Source of the DNA: a virus
Reading direction: 5' to 3' (one strand)
DNA length: 64,000 bases
Virus record (IMG/VR): IMGVR_UViG_3300020401_000014
Coordinates: 32,001 to 96,000 of that record
A model generated the notes under the pieces. The model searched no databases. It saw only the letters and a program-made list of their open reading frames with translations, and was not told the DNA's origin. Made by a program: the position numbers and the translations under genes. Positions 28,386 to 36,383 of the stretch are shown in pieces (the stretch's first letter is position 1; each line of letters opens with the position of its first letter).

Positions 28386-29111
28386 ATGAAAATTGCATTA
28401 ATTCAGCTAGGAGACAAAGAGTACGCCGCAGAAAATATAGGCTGCCTTCATTTAAATAGTTTATACTGTGAAAAATATGGTTATTCGCATATAGTCGAGA
28501 GCTTAAATTTTCCAGACATAGAAGCCACTTATCAAAAGCCATATATATTACTAAAGTACATGCATGATTTTGATTATGTTATATGGGCAGATCTTGACTC
28601 TGCAATTATAAATCATGAGATTAAATTGGAAGATATAATTAATTCATACTCAGACAAAGATTATTTAATTTTTAAAGATCCTGGGAACTGGGATTTTAAT
28701 GCTGGAATTTTAGTTTTTAAAAATTGCTTAAGTAATACCAAGCTGCTTTGGCAATGGTGGAATATGTGCCCTAAAGTGCCTCACCCCGAATGGAGAAAAG
28801 TTGGAGGCGATCAAGAGCTACTACATCAATTGCTAGAGTCAAAAGGTCCGATAGATTCGCTCCCGGCAAAAATTATGAATCAACACCCTAAGAATTTTAT
28901 TGCTGGAGATTTTTTGATTCACTTTATGGGCTATTTCTCTGAAGACGTTAAAACTCATATGTGTTTTCTTGTTGGACAAAACAAAGATTCCGAATGGAAC
29001 GGTAGGTACTTAGAAGCTTTTGGAAAAATTCATCCAACCATAACTGATCGACTTGAGGGTAATCATCTTGATACTATAAAGCCAGAGGAAATTGTTAATT
29101 TGATGTTATAG
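28386..29111 (+). CDS. GT34 (GMA12/MNN10-like) glycosyltransferase
   Basis: KYGY, KP.IL, DYVIWADLDS, FNAG, GDQE, GDFLIHFMG; ATG 28386 preferred. Confidence 0.8.
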   Translation: MKIALIQLGDKEYAAENIGCLHLNSLYCEKYGYSHIVESLNFPDIEATYQKPYILLKYMHDFDYVIWADLDSAIINHEIKLEDIINSYSDKDYLIFKDPGNWDFNAGILVFKNCLSNTKLLWQWWNMCPKVPHPEWRKVGGDQELLHQLLESKGPIDSLPAKIMNQHPKNFIAGDFLIHFMGYFSEDVKTHMCFLVGQNKDSEWNGRYLEAFGKIHPTITDRLEGNHLDTIKPEEIVNLML

Positions 29112-29419
29112 AGTTATATGCCTATCAGCTTGAGGCGATACCAATTCAATAAATAATATTTACTAATTTAAATTATAATTATTTCGGCTGACGCCGGAAT
29201 CGCCTGGGGGGCATATACAAAATCATTATTAAAACAAAATAATGATAGAAAAACTATATTAAAAACATAATATATTATATGCAAACAATCAATTTGTTAC
29301 GAAAAAAAATGAAAACAAAATTTAAACAGCGTGGTGAAAAAATAAGAAAAGAGGTTTACGTTTGATGGTATTCGTTTTTACAGTCTACGACAAAGCCCCG
29401 AAAGTTATAATACAAAACA

Positions 29420-29998
29420 ATGAATGATGATATATATAATTTAATTAAAGAGTATACTTGTCTTAATGTATATGAAATAAATTATCTTATTGATGTTGTA
29501 TATAATGCTCCTATTGGTAATATAGTTATTGCTGGTACTTATTTAGGAGGAGATGTAATGTCTATGATGTTAACTAGTCCAGATAGAGAATACCATGTAA
29601 TTGACTCCTTTCAGGGTTTAGCTCCTCCCGGACAAGAAGATATGTGTGATAACCCTTGTGTGGAAGGTGAGTTTAATGCAGGAGGGGTAGATAAGTGGCT
29701 AAGTAATTTTAAAAAGAAAAAAATCAGAGAGCCGCGAACATACCCCATGTTTATAGATGAAAATACAATACAATCAGTCGATGTTAGCAATATTGCCGTA
29801 TTATGGATGGATCTTGATCATTATGTTCCAACTAAAACTTGCTTAGATCATTTCTACGATAAAATAGTTGACGGAGGTAAAATACTAACTCATGATTACG
29901 GTTTTTATAAATGCCCTGGAATTAAAAAAGCCTGCGACCCGTATGCAAAAAACTGGCATAAACCAGCAAATACTGGCATAGGGACAATTAGCATATGA
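29420..29998 (+). CDS. TylF/MycF/NovP-family O-methyltransferase
   Basis: G.Y.GG, DSFQGLAP, LWMDLDHYVPTK, GG.ILTHDY. Confidence 0.85.
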   Translation: MNDDIYNLIKEYTCLNVYEINYLIDVVYNAPIGNIVIAGTYLGGDVMSMMLTSPDREYHVIDSFQGLAPPGQEDMCDNPCVEGEFNAGGVDKWLSNFKKKKIREPRTYPMFIDENTIQSVDVSNIAVLWMDLDHYVPTKTCLDHFYDKIVDGGKILTHDYGFYKCPGIKKACDPYAKNWHKPANTGIGTISI

Positions 29999-30747
29999 GT
30001 TTTAAAATGATAAAAATTATTGGCGAGCGAAACTCGGGAACACATTGGCTGAAGCACTTAATCTCTACAAATAGTGATGCCGAGGTTTGCGATGAAGACA
30101 AACATTTATTTAAATTAAAAGCAAAAAACATAAAATCATTAAAAACAGTAGATCTTTTTTCAGAATCAGAATACATAAACTGCCTTAACCTAAATTCTCC
30201 TGATGTTCTAAGTATTTATATATACAAATCAACACTAAGCTGGATTGCCTCCATGCACAAAACTCCATACCACGCCTGGGAAATGGCGGACATAAACGAA
30301 GACGGGTTACTCTGCTCAAACAAAAAAATGTCTGAATTTATTAGATCAAAATGGACAGAAAGAGGTGGTTGGATCACAGACTATAAAAATAACCCTTCAG
30401 CATACGGTGTGCTTGCTGAATATGAAAACGTGATTGACTTAAGAAATAAAAAACACGAGTCGGTTTTTAGCCTCGCCTCTCAGTGTCCTAATTTTAAATT
30501 TGTTAAATATGAAAATCTTTTGTTTAACACAGAGACTGTGCTGTCAAATATATTATTAAAAGAAGATATTTTATTACCAAACAACCAAAGCAAAACTCAT
30601 AAAAACTCAAAATTGTGGTCTGAGCAAAGAAAGAATTATTACAAAAACCAAGAATACAAGCTTTTATTTAGTCAAGAAGACTGCGAGTTTATATCCTCCC
30701 AAATAAATCATGACTTTGAATTTAAGCTAGATTTTTTGTCTAATTAA
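29995..30747 (+). CDS. sulfotransferase-like protein
   Basis: GERNSGTHWL PAPS-loop-like motif, K...SW..SM, VKYENL. Confidence 0.6.
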   Translation: MSFKMIKIIGERNSGTHWLKHLISTNSDAEVCDEDKHLFKLKAKNIKSLKTVDLFSESEYINCLNLNSPDVLSIYIYKSTLSWIASMHKTPYHAWEMADINEDGLLCSNKKMSEFIRSKWTERGGWITDYKNNPSAYGVLAEYENVIDLRNKKHESVFSLASQCPNFKFVKYENLLFNTETVLSNILLKEDILLPNNQSKTHKNSKLWSEQRKNYYKNQEYKLLFSQEDCEFISSQINHDFEFKLDFLSN

Positions 30748-31126
30748 TTTTAATTTGTTTTGGCTTACATTTTTCCGCTTTAGGAATTTTAATTTCTAGT
30801 ATTCCATTTTCTACTTTTGCTTCAATTTTGCTAGCGTCAACATCTGGTCCGAGCTTGAAAGTTCGGTCAATTGACGTATGCATATGCGAATTGATATCTT
30901 TCTCTCCTGTTACGCGTAATATAGCATTTTCAGCTGTAATAGTGACGTCTGATTTAGACATCCCTGGAATTTGCGCAGTGATAACATAATTATCCTCCTT
31001 TTGATCGATTGTTGTTCGGTATTTATAGGAATCTATACTTGAGTCGATCACATTGTTAATCGCTTCATCAAAAACGCCTAACAATTCAGTCTCCCCAAAG
31101 AAGTTAGTGAATAGTGAATTTTTCAT
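30740..31126 (-). CDS. hsp20: small heat shock protein (Hsp20)
   Basis: IPGMSKSDVTI, R.FKL..DVD..IEAKVENGILEIKIPK; ATG 31126 preferred. Confidence 0.92.
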   Translation of the reverse strand: MKNSLFTNFFGETELLGVFDEAINNVIDSSIDSYKYRTTIDQKEDNYVITAQIPGMSKSDVTITAENAILRVTGEKDINSHMHTSIDRTFKLGPDVDASKIEAKVENGILEIKIPKAEKCKPKQIKIN

Positions 31127-31139
31127 ATGCAAGTATATT

Positions 31140-31155
31140 TGCATACTTCATGCCA
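31140..31155 (-). promoter_or_regulatory. sigma54-type -24/-12 promoter of hsp20
   Basis: Minus strand TGGCATGAAGTATGCA, GG and GC separated by 10 nt. Confidence 0.55.
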
Positions 31156-31204
31156 ATTTAAAAACCGCTATAATAAAGCCTGACAGGATAAAACTGAGAC
31201 AAAA

Positions 31205-32014
31205 TTACTCAGGGCGCTTTCCGAGGGGTTTGCCGTCCTGGCCAATTTGTCCCGATCTTATTTTTGTGGCGGAGACATCTTGCATTTCTTTGCTTAATTC
31301 TAGCTGCTCAATATTATAACCCACACCTCTGCCGTAAAAAACGTCTGTAATATTAGGGAGTTCAACAACCCGGATTTTATCTCCAAATTCAACGCAAGCT
31401 TTTTCTATTTCGTATTTTACCTTTTCAAAATCATACGGATTACTGTCATCAGTTCCAGCAACATCCCTTAATGCAATGCAACATTGACCAACCCGTTGAA
31501 TAGATTCTTGTACTAAAGTTTTGTGGCCTATATGAAATGGCTGATATCTGCCAATTAAAAGTGCTGTTGGGGCCTGGTTGTCCCATTTCTCTGTTTCATA
31601 TATTTTTCTAAGAACTTTTTCAACCCATTCTTCTGGCGAACCATCAGTTAATCTTACGTCGTAATTCATGGGTCTTTCGAATAGCTTATTAGTATCTTCA
31701 TATCTACCTTCAAGAATTCTATCTACCCATATTATTAAATCAGCATTAAATACATCCCTGGTTTCTTTAGTTGGGCAGCAAAAATCCGCTATAACAAAAT
31801 TTCCACCCATGGCAGCCCAATCACTTAGCTTGCCTAATCTTCTAGCATGCTCTATTCTATCTTCTTCAGAAAATCCCAAATCTTTGTGGATTTCTTGCCT
31901 TATAGCATCAGCATTAAACCATACCGCTCCAAGTGCAGGTACAAGAAGTTCTGCCAGGGTAGTTTTACCACTCCCAGGCAATCCCATTATTAATATTTTT
32001 CTTTTAAGTTTCAT
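31205..32014 (-). CDS. adenylyl-sulfate kinase-like domain fused to HIGH-motif nucleotidyltransferase
   Basis: GLPGSGKTT, NAD.IR..I..DLGFS.EDR; C-terminal GRYQPFHIGH and SATKIR. Confidence 0.85.
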   Translation of the reverse strand: MKLKRKILIMGLPGSGKTTLAELLVPALGAVWFNADAIRQEIHKDLGFSEEDRIEHARRLGKLSDWAAMGGNFVIADFCCPTKETRDVFNADLIIWVDRILEGRYEDTNKLFERPMNYDVRLTDGSPEEWVEKVLRKIYETEKWDNQAPTALLIGRYQPFHIGHKTLVQESIQRVGQCCIALRDVAGTDDSNPYDFEKVKYEIEKACVEFGDKIRVVELPNITDVFYGRGVGYNIEQLELSKEMQDVSATKIRSGQIGQDGKPLGKRPE

Positions 32015-32294
32015 TTTTTAATTTTATAATTAATTCCTGACTGTTTTCAGAATCAGGGTTCCAGTTTATACATTCAATGATTTCGGTAGAATATTCAAAT
32101 TCACTTTGGCGGCATTCTGAATTAATGTATTGTTTAGTTTTTTTTAATTCTTGCTGCAAAATTTTTAATATATACATAGTGTCTTGTAGTTTGTATTTAC
32201 AAGCATTTAAATTAAATTGTAATCCTTTTAACCATATCATATCTTGTTCGTCTGGCATATATTTAGATACACCCCCTGGCTTTTTTTTGGGCAA
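32004..32294 (-). CDS. hypothetical protein
   Basis: ORF coupled to the kinase gene. Confidence 0.55.
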   Translation of the reverse strand: MPKKKPGGVSKYMPDEQDMIWLKGLQFNLNACKYKLQDTMYILKILQQELKKTKQYINSECRQSEFEYSTEIIECINWNPDSENSQELIIKLKNET

Positions 32295-32511
32295 GCTAAT
32301 TTGTTATAATTTATATTTTTGTTTTGATATTGAAAAATACCACCCCCCGCCGGATTTCTTTGTCACATTTTAAAAATCAATTCACAAAATGGGTAGGGTT
32401 GCCATGCGGGGGTATATCAGTCCGGCTTATAGGCTCATTAGTTAAGCTACAAACGAACTAATAAGTCATTTTTTTCTCGCTTTTTTCGGTTTTTTCTGTT
32501 ACCTTATAGGT

Positions 32512-32712
32512 ATGAAAATGATTGATACTAGAAAAGAAATCCTCGAATCTCGGATCGAGGGAATCCACCACGCCATCGCAAAGATGCGTGAAGACGCAAC
32601 CTCTGCAACCCGTGCCAATGTTGAAATGGCAATCGAAATGCTTGCACTTCCCGAGCTTGAAAAGATCGAGTCTCAGCTTGCTGAAGTGCTTGCCGAAGTT
32701 GAAAACTCTTAA
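32512..32712 (+). CDS. small helical early protein
   Basis: ATG 6 nt after extended -10 TG-T-TACCTT. Confidence 0.75.
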   Translation: MKMIDTRKEILESRIEGIHHAIAKMREDATSATRANVEMAIEMLALPELEKIESQLAEVLAEVENS

Positions 32713-32760
32713 CTCATTTTTTTTGCTTGACCTTTAGCCTTTAATCCTTAGAATATAATC

Positions 32761-32868
32761 ATGAAAGTAAAAGTTAGAATCCCAATGGTCTTCTCCAAAG
32801 CCCGCCCTCACAAACTCAAAAACAAGGTTTTGCCACGCAAGGCAAAGCACAAAAAAACTTTCGCCTAA
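32761..32868 (+). CDS. 35-aa basic peptide, ArfA-like
   Basis: MKVKVRIPMVFSKARPHKLKNKVLPRKAKHKKTFA; own TTGACC-16-TAGAAT promoter; below the ORF-track cutoff. Confidence 0.7.
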   Translation: MKVKVRIPMVFSKARPHKLKNKVLPRKAKHKKTFA

Positions 32869-32916
32869 ACGCATTTTTTTCTTGCAATTATCAAATCAAT
32901 CCTTATACTTAGTAAT

Positions 32917-33207
32917 ATGATCAAAAATAAAAATATCGAAGCAATCGCAAACGCAGTCGCTAACGCAAGCGACACCAAGCTCACAGGTCAGTTCGCTGAT
33001 CTCCTCGCTGATCTCAAGGAAGAGATCGCCAACGAGGAGTTTACCCTTGAGCATGGTATCCAACACGCCTCCGAGCGTGACATCGAGGACGAGTTCGTTT
33101 CTCTTGATGCAGTCGAAGCAGAAGAAGACGAAGACTTCGACAATGACGAAAACCTCACCGACATGAATTGCATCAGTGGTGCAATGCGTGACATCTTTGA
33201 ATCCTAA
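32917..33207 (+). CDS. highly acidic small protein
   Basis: D/E-rich C-terminal half (EAEEDEDFDNDE). Confidence 0.75.
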   Translation: MIKNKNIEAIANAVANASDTKLTGQFADLLADLKEEIANEEFTLEHGIQHASERDIEDEFVSLDAVEAEEDEDFDNDENLTDMNCISGAMRDIFES

Positions 33208-33220
33208 ACGAAAGGCTAAT

Positions 33221-33382
33221 ATGTACATCCTTAAATCTATACTCAACCAAGCGGGTGCCGTTTGGGTTGTCGAATCCATAGCAATGCGGAAGCGTGATGC
33301 CGAAAGGCTCTTACGCTCTCGTCTTGCCCACAACGACGGCTCTCGTCGTTATGGTCTTTTCCCTGCTAACGCTTCAAGCTAA
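33221..33382 (+). CDS. hypothetical protein
   Basis: ATG 33221 preferred; abuts the next ORF. Confidence 0.55.
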   Translation: MYILKSILNQAGAVWVVESIAMRKRDAERLLRSRLAHNDGSRRYGLFPANASS

Positions 33383-33607
33383 ATGGAAGGCTATAATGGC
33401 TGGGCTAATTGGCAGACTTGGAATGTCGCCCTATGGCTAGGCAACGACGAAAGTTTATACAAACTTGCTAGGCGTTTTGTACACTACAAAGATCTAGCCA
33501 ACTATCTAATAGAATCGGGCACTACTAGCACACCCGACGGTGCGGACTACCAAGACCCTGAGCTTGACACCCACGCACTTGACGAGTTGCTAATGGACGA
33601 ATTCTAA
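33383..33607 (+). CDS. conserved phage protein (YNGW.NW.TW motif)
   Basis: MEGYNGWANWQTWNVALWLGNDE motif common in phage early regions. Confidence 0.8.
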   Translation: MEGYNGWANWQTWNVALWLGNDESLYKLARRFVHYKDLANYLIESGTTSTPDGADYQDPELDTHALDELLMDEF

Positions 33608-33681
33608 ATCCTTGACAGTCAAGAATTTAGGGCTCCGCCGGCCCCGGGTTTTGCCGGAAATGCTTGTGCTTCAAGCGTTTA
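33605..33681 (+). repeat. palindrome doublet 1 (25-bp sites, 52-bp period)
   Basis: TAAATCCTTGACAGTCAAGAATTTA at 33605 and GAAATGCTTGTGCTTCAAGCGTTTA at 33657. Confidence 0.85.
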
Positions 33682-33705
33682 GGCAGGTTATCAGCGCGAC
33701 TTATA

Positions 33706-33722
33706 AGCTCATTAGTTGAGCT
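33706..33722. promoter_or_regulatory. AGCTCA-N5-TGAGCT palindrome (also 34714-34730; variant 32432-32448)
   Basis: Three copies, each centred 72-73 nt upstream of an ATG. Confidence 0.6.
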
Positions 33723-33786
33723 ACAAACGTACCTAATGGGTCATTTTCTTGTCGCTTTTTTGGGTTTTATATGCTACTGTATAAGT

Positions 33787-33978
33787 ATGATTAAAATAAT
33801 AGAAGTACTAATGAAAAGAGATCAACTTTCCGAAGAGGAAGCAACCGACCAAGTCGCCGCATTTCAATCTGAGATGTGGCTCGATGTCGCACAGGGTGGC
33901 GATGTCTGTGAATGGGAACACGCTTTCACTTCCGAGTTTGGGCTTGAGCCGGATTTCTTCGAGCTTTTAATCCTGTGA
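33787..33978 (+). CDS. conserved phage protein
   Basis: MIKIIEVLMKRD.LS.EEA...FGLEPDF; ATG follows the -10 box. Confidence 0.75.
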   Translation: MIKIIEVLMKRDQLSEEEATDQVAAFQSEMWLDVAQGGDVCEWEHAFTSEFGLEPDFFELLIL

Positions 33979-34044
33979 TAATAAAATGCCGAATGTGAAT
34001 AACTTTTGCTCGACTTTTACCAAAAAATTTAATAGAATACGAAT

Positions 34045-34287
34045 ATGTTAGAAAAATTAGAAAAACTCCAAAAAGATCTTGCTTGGTGGCAAGACAAACT
34101 CAACCGATCACGCAAGGAATCGACTCGCTCGATTCGTGCCGTTCATGTGCAACACTTGCAAGATGAGATTGCAAAGCTCACGCAACAAATCCGAGAGCGT
34201 GACTTGGAAATGCTCGATCTCAAAATCGCTCGTATAGATGCCCAAATCAAAAATCGCTCTTGGCAAAGAAGAGAGCAAAACGCTTAA
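34045..34287 (+). CDS. small coiled-coil protein
   Basis: TCGACT-17-TAGAAT-6-ATG. Confidence 0.75.
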   Translation: MLEKLEKLQKDLAWWQDKLNRSRKESTRSIRAVHVQHLQDEIAKLTQQIRERDLEMLDLKIARIDAQIKNRSWQRREQNA

Positions 34288-34291
34288 GCTT

Positions 34292-34633
34292 ATGAGAAAA
34301 GTAACACAACAAATAAAAGAAGCATTCGAACAACGCAAAGCCAAGACTGTTGGCAATACTCACACCGACGGAGAAAGCGTGTGGCTACATGGTAACAAGA
34401 TAGTGACCCGCGACCCTAGTGGCGTTGTAATGGCTACGCTTGCAGGTTGGAACACTCCAACCACAAGAGAAAGAGTCAACGGAATAACAGGATTAGGCTT
34501 TCACCAAGTAAACTTCGAAGCTTGCCTGAACGGTCAGATAGTTGACCCATTCGCTTGGTTTGTCAAGACGCACGAACCCAAGACTACCAAGCAAGTCTTG
34601 CCTCCACTTCCTAAGTCGTTGAGCGTCAAGTAA
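34292..34633 (+). CDS. conserved phage protein
   Basis: LHGNKI...GWNTPTTRERVNG motif; ATG 34292 preferred. Confidence 0.75.
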   Translation: MRKVTQQIKEAFEQRKAKTVGNTHTDGESVWLHGNKIVTRDPSGVVMATLAGWNTPTTRERVNGITGLGFHQVNFEACLNGQIVDPFAWFVKTHEPKTTKQVLPPLPKSLSVK

Positions 34634-34688
34634 TTAGGGCTCTGCCGGTCCCGGGTTTTGCCGGAAATGCTTGTGCTTCAAGTGTTTA
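34612..34688 (+). repeat. palindrome doublet 2
   Basis: TAAGTCGTTGAGCGTCAAGTAATTA at 34612 and GAAATGCTTGTGCTTCAAGTGTTTA at 34664. Confidence 0.85.
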
Positions 34689-34793
34689 CGCAAAGCTATC
34701 AGTAAGACTTATAAGCTCATTAGTTGAGCTACAAACGCAAATAATAGCGTTTTTTTTCTCGCTTTTTCGGGTTTTATCTGATACATTGTATGT

Positions 34794-34994
34794 ATGATTA
34801 AAAATGATAAAGTAATACAAGTAAGAATCAAGAGATGGTCAACGCATTGGGCTGTCAAAATCTTCGACCAAGGAGTCGATGCAGAAGGCAACGAACGCCC
34901 ACGCGTTCGAACCGCTTCAAGTCAATCTCATCTCAATAGAATCATGCGAGATGAAGGTCTCAATCAGTTTCGTTTTAATGTTGTTTTTCAATAA
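34794..34994 (+). CDS. hypothetical protein
   Basis: ORF follows a repeated promoter module. Confidence 0.7.
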   Translation: MIKNDKVIQVRIKRWSTHWAVKIFDQGVDAEGNERPRVRTASSQSHLNRIMRDEGLNQFRFNVVFQ

Positions 34995-35034
34995 TAAAGC
35001 TTGACTTTCACTCTTTAATCCTTAGAATATAATT

Positions 35035-35235
35035 ATGTTTGAATCACAAGACATTGATTACATCGCACAGAAAGCTTATGAAGCGGGCTTCGAAGGTAGC
35101 GATTCCGAAGAGCTTCCAAAGCGTTTGAGCGATCAACTCGAAACAGGCTTCGAGTATGTTTGGCTCGACAATTACCGCAAGGGGCAAGACGATGCTTTCC
35201 GCATCGTTTTGGCTGAATCTCCAACTTGGGAGTAA
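35035..35235 (+). CDS. small acidic protein
   Basis: TTGACT-16-TAGAAT-6-ATG. Confidence 0.75.
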   Translation: MFESQDIDYIAQKAYEAGFEGSDSEELPKRLSDQLETGFEYVWLDNYRKGQDDAFRIVLAESPTWE

Positions 35236-35238
35236 GAT

Positions 35239-35520
35239 ATGGCTTGGATGGACGAAATTGACTTTTCTCGTGAACCCAACAGTAGGGAATGGGTAGGAAT
35301 GTGTAGACGCAACCAAGCTCGTTGGGATGCACACAATACGGGCGAAAAGGTATACATTCTTGACATAGAGAACCGCTTACTTGATCACAAGTTTCAGGTT
35401 CATCAACGTGCAAAAAACGCTTGGCAAGCTGCACTAAGATACTACAAAGGACTTGACCACCAAGTGCCTGCTTGGACTTGGAAGTGTACCAAAGTTGTAA
35501 AAGCTACCCTAAAGCCTTAA
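35239..35520 (+). CDS. hypothetical protein
   Basis: Starts 3 nt after the previous ORF; stop codon lies inside a palindrome. Confidence 0.7.
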   Translation: MAWMDEIDFSREPNSREWVGMCRRNQARWDAHNTGEKVYILDIENRLLDHKFQVHQRAKNAWQAALRYYKGLDHQVPAWTWKCTKVVKATLKP

Positions 35521-35586
35521 TAATCAATGTTTTAGGGCAAATCGCCGCTGTCGTCGCCGCGCAAATGCTTGATAAACAAATACTTA
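35510..35586 (+). repeat. palindrome doublet 3
   Basis: TAAAGCCTTAATAATCAATGTTTTA at 35510 and CAAATGCTTGATAAACAAATACTTA at 35562. Confidence 0.85.
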
Positions 35587-35646
35587 CAAGATAAAAAAAA
35601 TGAAAAAAAAGCTTGCAATTGCTTGCAATACATGCTACCTTTAGGT

Positions 35647-35835
35647 ATGACTAAATCAGAAATCGAAAGCCACATCTCTCACCTTCACGCTCACCTTCAG
35701 ACCGCTGATCTCAGCGAGCCTGATCGGGTTTCGCTCCGCAACGAGATCGGGCATTGGCAGGACAAGCTCGCCCTTCTCGAATTCCAAAGCGAGGGCGAGG
35801 ACTTCGACTTTGGTCACCACTCCGAATGGGAGTGA
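35647..35835 (+). CDS. 62-aa protein, paralog A (C-terminus FQSEGEDFDFGHHSEWE)
   Basis: Paralog of 36149-36337; ATG 35647. Confidence 0.8.
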   Translation: MTKSEIESHISHLHAHLQTADLSEPDRVSLRNEIGHWQDKLALLEFQSEGEDFDFGHHSEWE

Positions 35836-35837
35836 CC

Positions 35838-35914
35838 TAAGTCGTTAATAGTAAATGTTTTAGGGCAAATCGCCACTGTCGCTGCCGCGTAAATGCTTGA
35901 TAAACAAAGACTTG
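35838..35914 (+). repeat. palindrome doublet 4
   Basis: TAAGTCGTTAATAGTAAATGTTTTA at 35838 and TAAATGCTTGATAAACAAAGACTTG at 35890. Confidence 0.85.
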
Positions 35915-36148
35915 CAGGATAAAAAAAATGAAAAAAAATGAAAAAAAAGCTTGACTTTTCGGCTTTTCTGTGGTAGAGTATACTCATAATAAGATAAAAA
36001 ATATAACCAACACCAAAAATGACAAATCTAACTGAGCGAGAAAAAATCCTTATCATCACAAAAATAATTCAAAAAAAAGCTTGACTTTTGCCAATTCATC
36101 TGATAAATTCTAAATATAAAATAAAGAAAACCCAACACAAAAAAAATT

Positions 36149-36337
36149 ATGACTAAAACCGAAATGCTCAACAAAATCTCTCTCCTCCGCGAAGTCCTTG
36201 CGGACTCCGTTTTGTCCTCCGCTGATCTCGTTGCGATCCGCAACGAAATCGGTGACCTTCAGGACAAGGTCGCTCTCCTCGACTTCCAAAGCGAAGGCGA
36301 GGACTTCGACTTCGGTCATCACTCCGAATGGGAGTGA
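36149..36337 (+). CDS. 62-aa protein, paralog B
   Basis: Last 17 residues identical to 35647-35835. Confidence 0.8.
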   Translation: MTKTEMLNKISLLREVLADSVLSSADLVAIRNEIGDLQDKVALLDFQSEGEDFDFGHHSEWE

Positions 36338-36383
36338 AAAAAAACCTTGACTTTCACTCTTAAATCACTAGAATAGTAATCAT

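Noticed and set aside
29112-29419. Possible degraded methyltransferase fragment (ISADAGIAWGAYTK)
   Set aside because: Short, interrupted, no start codon; resemblance too weak
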